Part shown: positions 57,849 through 64,000 of the stretch, piece by piece | Layout of the letters: every line of letters starts with the position of its first letter | How positions within the stretch are numbered: the first letter of the stretch is position 1 | Source: Escherichia coli | GTDB lineage: Bacteria > Pseudomonadota > Gammaproteobacteria > Enterobacterales > Enterobacteriaceae | Length of the DNA: 64,000 nucleotides | Assembly: GCF_003018255.1 (NCBI RefSeq) | Contig: NZ_CP027440.1 | Reading direction: 5' to 3' (one strand) | Made by a program: the position numbers and the translations under genes | Notes under the pieces: generated by a model | The model's database searches: none | The model's input: only the letters and a program-made list of their open reading frames with translations | Told to the model about the DNA's origin: nothing

Positions 57849-57876
57849 ATCATATCAAATGACGCGCCGCTGTAAA
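57849..57876 (-). promoter_or_regulatory. tyrT promoter (stringently controlled stable-RNA promoter)
   Basis: The minus strand reads TTTACAgcggcgcgtcatttgaTATGATgcgccccgc. This is -35 TTTACA, a 16-nt spacer, -10 TATGAT and a GC-rich discriminator, matching the classical tyrT promoter. Confidence 0.9.
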
Positions 57877-57957
57877 GTGTTACGTTGAGAAAAATGAACT
57901 GGTTGCGTAATTTTCACCCGTAACGGATTAAAGGTAACCAGTTATTTTTGCTGGCGA

Positions 57958-58800
57958 TTAAAGAATAATCGTCCGATTACCGTAAACAAAGACGCGCTGC
58001 GCCAGTACTTTGTAGAGTGCGCGACTTAAGACGTTTTTCTCGACGTCACGACCTGCGCGCATCATATCTTCAGCTGTGTAGGTATGATCGACATGAATAA
58101 CGTCCTGCATGATGATTGGACCTTCGTCCAGATTGTCATTCACATAGTGAGCGGTAGCGCCAATAATCTTCACGCCACGTTCATAGGCCTGGTGATAAGG
58201 ACGTGCGCCGATAAACGCTGGCAGGAATGAATGGTGAATATTGATGATCTTATTCGGGAAGCGTGCCACAAATTCTGGCGTTAATACCCGCATATACTTC
58301 GCCAGCACCACGTAGTCAGGCTGATAAGCATCAATGGCATCCGCCATCTTTTGATCGTGCTCGTTGCGGCTTAACCCTTCATGGCTTACCAGCTCAAACG
58401 GAATATCAAAACGCTCAACCAGAGAACGTAAAGTATCGTGGTTACCAATAACTGCCGCGATTTCGACATCCAGGCCGCCGTAATTGGCTTTCATCAACAA
58501 ATCGCCAAGGCAATGCGCCTCTTTAGTGACCAGAATCACTATCCGGCGACGACCGGCAGGATTCAGCTCACGTACGGAGCCTTCTGGCAATGCGCTGTCG
58601 AGATCCGCCAGCAGGGTGGAATCATTAAAAATTCCTTCCAGTTCCGTGCGCATAAAAAAGCGCCCGGTACGGTGATCAACAAATTCATTGTTCTGTACGA
58701 TATTTAACTCGTGCTTGTAGCAAATATTGGTAATACGTGCGATCAGACCTTTTTGGTCCGGACAAATAGTACGCAGAACTTTACGTTGGAGTGAATGCAT
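57958..58800 (-). CDS. purU: PurU, formyltetrahydrofolate deformylase
   Basis: A 280-aa ORF with an ACT domain and a formyltransferase core. Confidence 0.96.
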   Translation of the reverse strand: MHSLQRKVLRTICPDQKGLIARITNICYKHELNIVQNNEFVDHRTGRFFMRTELEGIFNDSTLLADLDSALPEGSVRELNPAGRRRIVILVTKEAHCLGDLLMKANYGGLDVEIAAVIGNHDTLRSLVERFDIPFELVSHEGLSRNEHDQKMADAIDAYQPDYVVLAKYMRVLTPEFVARFPNKIINIHHSFLPAFIGARPYHQAYERGVKIIGATAHYVNDNLDEGPIIMQDVIHVDHTYTAEDMMRAGRDVEKNVLSRALYKVLAQRVFVYGNRTIIL

Positions 58801-58849
58801 TGCTGGAAAAACCTTGTTGAGAGTGTTTGCTAAACCGTACCGTCAACCA

Positions 58850-59308
58850 TTATTGGCCGCAGCACTTTTTAAATTTTTTACCTGAACCACAAGGGCAGGG
58901 ATCGTTGCGGCCAAACTGCGGACGTGTACCGTCAATATAGTACCATTGACCGTTTTCTTTCAAAAATCGCGAACGTTCAATTATTGCACCTGTTTTGCTA
59001 CCTTCGGTAAATCGCGCAACAAAACTGACAAATCCGATATTGTCGACGTCCTGCCAACAATGTTCAAATACGGTCAATCCCAACCATTCAGTATGCGCAA
59101 ATCCGGCAATCAATTCGGCACGTAACGTCGCCGCTCCACAAGATGGATGCCAGGTCTTTATTAAATAATCTGCGTCTTTCATCACAAAAGCGCAGTAACG
59201 CGAACGCATGAGATGTTCTGGATCAGGTGCAACCTTTTCACCAGACACATAAGGGTGGCAACATAGGCTATACTCGACAGCACTACCACAGGGACAAAGC
59301 TGAGACAC
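58850..59308 (-). CDS. ychJ: YchJ, SEC-C motif protein
   Basis: A GTG start at 59308 (VSQLCPCGS) gives 152 aa. It has terminal SEC-C zinc motifs ([13 protein letters not shown]). Confidence 0.88.
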   Translation of the reverse strand: MSQLCPCGSAVEYSLCCHPYVSGEKVAPDPEHLMRSRYCAFVMKDADYLIKTWHPSCGAATLRAELIAGFAHTEWLGLTVFEHCWQDVDNIGFVSFVARFTEGSKTGAIIERSRFLKENGQWYYIDGTRPQFGRNDPCPCGSGKKFKKCCGQ

Positions 59309-59420
59309 AAATAATCTCCCTGGAAACAATAACGGCGTATTAACCGCCTGAGTAGCACTATGTTAACCGAGCAGTAGCGATGTTGCTACGATTGCATTCC
59401 AGGGGAATCTTGCGGGAATA

Positions 59421-60326
59421 ATGAGAAAGATAAAAATAGGGCTGGCGCTGGGATCTGGCGCGGCGAGAGGTTGGTCGCATATTGGCGTTATTAATGCGCT
59501 AAAAAAAGTGGGTATTGAAATTGATATCGTTGCAGGATGTTCAATTGGTTCGCTGGTGGGCGCTGCCTATGCATGCGATCGACTATCTGCGCTGGAAGAT
59601 TGGGTGACCTCTTTCAGTTATTGGGATGTTTTACGCCTGATGGATCTCTCCTGGCAGCGCGGTGGGTTACTGCGCGGCGAGCGTGTCTTCAATCAATATC
59701 GCGAAATAATGCCGGAAACAGAGATCGAAAATTGTTCCCGTCGCTTCGCGGCTGTTGCCACCAATTTAAGTACTGGGCGCGAATTATGGTTTACTGAAGG
59801 CGATCTCCATCTTGCTATTCGTGCATCATGCAGTATTCCAGGACTAATGGCACCCGTTGCGCATAACGGCTACTGGCTGGTTGATGGCGCTGTAGTTAAC
59901 CCAATTCCTATTTCCCTCACGCGTGCATTGGGGGCTGATATTGTGATAGCGGTCGACCTGCAGCACGATGCTCATTTGATGCAACAAGATTTGCTCTCCT
60001 TTAATGTCAGTGAAGAAAATAGCGAGAATGGTGATTCTCTGCCGTGGCATGCGCGTCTGAAAGAAAGGTTAGGCAGCATAACGACACGTCGGGCGGTGAC
60101 AGCGCCAACGGCAACAGAGATTATGACCACTTCTATCCAGGTGCTGGAGAACCGCCTTAAAAGGAACCGCATGGCAGGTGATCCGCCCGATATTCTGATT
60201 CAACCTGTTTGCCCGCAAATATCTACGCTTGATTTCCATCGCGCGCACGCTGCCATTGCGGCCGGGCAGCTGGCAGTGGAAAAGAAAATGGACGAACTTT
60301 TGCCGTTGGTACGCACCAACATTTGA
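59421..60326 (+). CDS. rssA: RssA, patatin-like phospholipase
   Basis: A 301-aa ORF with the oxyanion motif GSGAARG and the nucleophile motif GCSIG. Confidence 0.93.
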   Translation: MRKIKIGLALGSGAARGWSHIGVINALKKVGIEIDIVAGCSIGSLVGAAYACDRLSALEDWVTSFSYWDVLRLMDLSWQRGGLLRGERVFNQYREIMPETEIENCSRRFAAVATNLSTGRELWFTEGDLHLAIRASCSIPGLMAPVAHNGYWLVDGAVVNPIPISLTRALGADIVIAVDLQHDAHLMQQDLLSFNVSEENSENGDSLPWHARLKERLGSITTRRAVTAPTATEIMTTSIQVLENRLKRNRMAGDPPDILIQPVCPQISTLDFHRAHAAIAAGQLAVEKKMDELLPLVRTNI

Positions 60327-60417
60327 CCAGAATTTTTATCTACACTTAAGTTAATTCTGACAGGCGCAGGTGGCAATAGCATGCCACTATTGAGTAAAGC
60401 CAGTCAGGGGAGAGAAC

Positions 60418-61431
60418 ATGACGCAGCCATTGGTCGGAAAACAGATTCTCATTGTTGAAGATGAGCAGGTATTTCGCTCGCTTCTGGATTCGTGGTTTTC
60501 CTCATTGGGAGCGACAACGGTACTGGCGGCTGATGGGGTGGATGCCCTTGAGTTGCTGGGAGGTTTCACTCCAGACCTGATGATATGTGATATCGCGATG
60601 CCACGAATGAACGGGCTTAAACTGCTGGAGCATATACGTAACAGAGGCGACCAGACCCCAGTTCTGGTGATATCTGCCACTGAAAATATGGCAGATATTG
60701 CCAAAGCGTTACGTCTGGGCGTTGAAGATGTTTTGCTGAAACCAGTTAAAGATCTGAATCGCTTGCGCGAGATGGTTTTTGCCTGTCTCTATCCCAGCAT
60801 GTTTAATTCCCGCGTTGAGGAAGAGGAAAGGCTTTTTCGCGACTGGGATGCAATGGTTGATAACCCTGCCGCAGCGGCGAAATTATTACAGGAATTGCAA
60901 CCGCCGGTTCAGCAGGTGATTTCCCATTGCCGGGTTAATTATCGTCAATTGGTTGCCGCGGACAAACCCGGCCTGGTGCTTGATATTGCCGCACTTTCGG
61001 AAAACGATCTGGCATTTTACTGCCTTGATGTCACCCGAGCTGGACATAATGGCGTACTTGCTGCCTTGTTATTACGCGCATTGTTTAACGGATTATTACA
61101 GGAACAGCTTGCACACCAAAATCAACGTTTGCCAGAGTTGGGCGCGTTATTGAAGCAGGTAAACCATTTACTCCGTCAGGCCAATCTGCCGGGGCAGTTT
61201 CCGCTATTAGTTGGCTATTATCATCGCGAACTGAAAAATCTCATTCTGGTTTCTGCGGGTCTGAATGCGACGTTAAATACCGGCGAACACCAGGTGCAAA
61301 TCAGTAATGGTGTTCCGTTAGGCACTTTAGGTAACGCTTATTTGAATCAATTGAGCCAGCGATGCGATGCCTGGCAATGCCAAATATGGGGAACCGGTGG
61401 TCGGCTTCGCTTGATGTTGTCTGCAGAATGA
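60418..61431 (+). CDS. rssB: RssB, response-regulator adaptor delivering RpoS to ClpXP
   Basis: A 337-aa ORF with an N-terminal receiver domain (ILIVEDE ... DLMICDIAMP) and a PP2C-like C-terminus. Confidence 0.96.
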   Translation: MTQPLVGKQILIVEDEQVFRSLLDSWFSSLGATTVLAADGVDALELLGGFTPDLMICDIAMPRMNGLKLLEHIRNRGDQTPVLVISATENMADIAKALRLGVEDVLLKPVKDLNRLREMVFACLYPSMFNSRVEEEERLFRDWDAMVDNPAAAAKLLQELQPPVQQVISHCRVNYRQLVAADKPGLVLDIAALSENDLAFYCLDVTRAGHNGVLAALLLRALFNGLLQEQLAHQNQRLPELGALLKQVNHLLRQANLPGQFPLLVGYYHRELKNLILVSAGLNATLNTGEHQVQISNGVPLGTLGNAYLNQLSQRCDAWQCQIWGTGGRLRLMLSAE

Positions 61432-61632
61432 GCAAACGATAACGCGGGCTAAATTTGCATTACCTGCTAATGTCGGCTGGTGGTACTATCGTCGCCATTC
61501 GTATAAGTAATTGTCTTAATTATGCTAACTCGCCTCCTTTTCAGAACTTAGCCCCTTCGGGGTGCTGATATACTGGGATGCGATACAGAAATATGAACAC
61601 GTTCAAAACACGAACAGTCCAGGAGAATTTAA

Positions 61633-62541
61633 ATGGCTGCCATTAATACGAAAGTCAAAAAAGCCGTTATCCCCGTTGCGGGATTAGGAACCAGGATGTT
61701 GCCGGCGACGAAAGCCATCCCGAAAGAGATGCTGCCACTTGTCGATAAGCCATTAATTCAATACGTCGTGAATGAATGTATTGCGGCTGGCATTACTGAA
61801 ATTGTGCTGGTTACTCACTCATCTAAAAACTCTATTGAAAACCACTTTGATACCAGTTTTGAACTGGAAGCAATGCTGGAAAAACGTGTAAAACGTCAAC
61901 TGCTTGATGAAGTGCAGTCTATTTGTCCGCCGCACGTGACTATTATGCAAGTTCGTCAGGGGCTGGCGAAAGGCCTGGGACATGCGGTATTGTGTGCTCA
62001 CCCGGTAGTGGGTGATGAACCTGTGGCTGTTATTTTGCCTGACGTTATTCTGGATGAATATGAATCCGATTTGTCACAGGATAACCTGGCAGAGATGATC
62101 CGCCGCTTTGATGAAACGGGTCATAGCCAGATCATGGTTGAACCGGTTGCTGATGTGACCGCATATGGCGTTGTGGATTGCAAAGGCGTTGAATTAGCGC
62201 CGGGTGAAAGCGTACCGATGGTTGGCGTGGTTGAAAAACCAAAAGCGGATGTTGCGCCGTCTAATCTCGCTATTGTGGGTCGTTACGTACTCAGCGCGGA
62301 TATTTGGCCGTTGCTGGCAAAAACCCCTCCGGGAGCTGGTGATGAAATTCAGCTCACCGACGCAATTGATATGCTGATCGAAAAAGAAACGGTTGAAGCC
62401 TATCATATGAAAGGGAAGAGCCATGACTGCGGTAATAAATTAGGTTACATGCAGGCCTTCGTTGAATACGGTATTCGTCATAACACCCTTGGCACGGAAT
62501 TTAAAGCCTGGCTTGAAGAAGAGATGGGCATTAAGAAGTAA
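61633..62541 (+). CDS. galU: GalU, UTP-glucose-1-phosphate uridylyltransferase
   Basis: A 302-aa ORF with the motif [14 protein letters not shown]. Confidence 0.97.
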
Positions 62542-62565
62542 CATCCGTATCGGTGTTATCCACGA

Positions 62566-62597
62566 AACGGCGTTGAGCAATCGACGCCGTTTTTTTA
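62566..62597 (+). terminator. Rho-independent terminator after galU
   Basis: Hairpin aacggcgt...acgccgtt, followed by ttttttt. Confidence 0.85.
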
Positions 62598-62632
62598 TAG
62601 CTTATTCTTATTAAATTGTCTTAAACCGGACA

Positions 62633-62659
62633 ATAAAAAATCCCGCCAATGGCGGGATT
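62633..62659 (-). terminator. Rho-independent terminator after hns
   Basis: Hairpin atcccgcc-aa-tggcgggat, followed on the minus strand by TTTTTT. Confidence 0.85.
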
Positions 62660-62684
62660 TTAAGCAAGTGTCATCTACAAAAGA

Positions 62685-63098
62685 TTATTGCTTGATCAGG
62701 AAATCGTCGAGGGATTTACCTTGCTCATCCATTGCTTTTTTGATTACAGCTGGAGTACGACCCTGGCCAGTCCAGGTTTTAGTTTCGCCGTTTTCGTCAA
62801 CGTAGCTATATTTTGCCGGACGCTGAGCACGTTTAGCTTTGGTGCCAGATTTAACGGCAGCAAGGCTATTCAGCAGTTCGTTCGGGTCAATACCGTCAGC
62901 GATCAGCATTTCGCGATATTGCTGCAGTTTACGAGTGCGCTCTTCAACTTCAGCAGCAGCCGCGCTTTCTTCTTCGCGACGTTCGTTAACAACAACTTCT
63001 AATTTTTCCAGCATTTCTTCCAGCGTTTCAAGTGTACATTCTCTTGCCTGCGCACGAAGAGTACGGATGTTGTTCAGAATTTTAAGTGCTTCGCTCAT
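62685..63098 (-). CDS. hns: H-NS nucleoid-associated silencer
   Basis: A 137-aa ORF ([20 protein letters not shown] ... TWTGQGRTP) recognised as H-NS. Confidence 0.98.
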
Positions 63099-63701
63099 TG
63101 TAGTAATCTCAAACTTATATTGGGGTGGTTTGTTGAGGTAATAATAGAGCCTTAAATTCAGTTGTGCAATAGCCAGGAATGTAAGGAATTCAAAATTGTT
63201 CTTTATTTTGTGCCGCCAATAAATATCTTTTCATAAAATTAGCCAGAAAAGACGCGGCATATAGCCCTATTTGCGCCGATGATTTCGCAGCACGTGAGGT
63301 TAAAACTTCCTGATTCATGTCACATTTTATGGGGAGATTATCGTAGGCTGACGACCTTTCAGTCTTCTGTATTAGTCGTGTTTACAAGAATTCCCTATTA
63401 AGCGAATGATGAAAAGTAGAACAGTCGCAATAAGAGCAGGGACTTAGTATTGCACTATCTCCTGGAGGTCAACAGAGGGCTATTACTTGCGCAACAGGTT
63501 AAAGATTGTGAATAGTTACCAGCAGTCATTTACCCGCTTATAACAAGCGAGGCAGTTGTAATGATAGCTCAGAAGGATTATGCAAGGCTTCGTAAGGGAG
63601 AACGCATATACCACTTCTGTGCATACTGTTGAGCTGAAAAACTGACGAATTATGATAAACTCCAGCCAACTTTAATTCATATCATTGAGGGCCTGTGGCT
63701 G

Positions 63702-64000
63702 ATGGCACAGCTATATTTCTACTATTCCGCAATGAATGCGGGTAAGTCTACAGCATTGTTGCAATCTTCATACAATTACCAGGAACGCGGCATGCGCACT
63801 GTCGTATATACGGCAGAAATTGATGATCGCTTTGGTGCCGGGAAAGTCAGCTCGCGTATAGGTTTGTCATCGCCTGCAAAATTATTTAACCAAAATTCAT
63901 CATTATTTGATGAGATTCGTGCGGAACATGAACAGCAGGCAATTCATTGCGTACTGGTTGATGAATGCCAGTTTTTAACCAGACAACAAGTATATGAATT
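63702..64000 (+). CDS. tdk: Thymidine kinase, 5' part (truncated by the window end)
   Basis: This ORF is not in the track because it has no stop in the window. My own translation from ATG 63702 gives [45 protein letters not shown], which includes the P-loop. Confidence 0.9.

Overview
This window is an Escherichia coli-type chromosomal segment. I recognised it gene by gene from the translated ORFs. The gene order is umuDC, dsbB, nhaB, fadR, ycgB, dadAX, cvrA, ldcA, emtA, ycgR, ymgE, [6-gene uptake island], treA, dhaMLK/dhaR, [small lipoprotein ORF], ychF, pth, ychH, dauA, prs, ispE, lolB, hemA, prfA, prmC, ychQ, sirB1, kdsA, ldr/rdl, chaABC, ychN, ychO, narLX, narK, narGHJI, tpr/rtT, 3 x tRNA-Tyr, purU, ychJ, rssAB, galU, hns and tdk (cut by the window end).

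About 90 percent of the window is ordinary conserved core. Many track ORFs have false N-terminal extensions, and I give corrected starts for them.

The strain is not K-12. Compared with the K-12 map as I remember it, four places differ:
1. A TonB-dependent receptor / ModD / methyltransferase / ABC-importer operon lies between ymgE and treA (14025-20451).
2. The ycgV autotransporter position between dhaR and ychF holds only a 58-aa His/Pro/Gly-rich lipoprotein ORF, preceded by perfect CRP-type half-sites.
3. There is one ldr/rdl type I toxin-antitoxin unit between kdsA and chaA instead of a tandem array.
4. There are three identical tRNA-Tyr genes at an exact 119-bp period, followed by roughly one rtT repeat unit.

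I found no CRISPR array, IS element, integrase or phage gene. The best candidate for an uncharacterised system is the six-gene island, because two enzymes (a QPRTase-fold ModD and a SAM methyltransferase) sit inside an import operon. Its substrate cannot be read from the sequence. I cannot tell from this window whether the island has already been described elsewhere.
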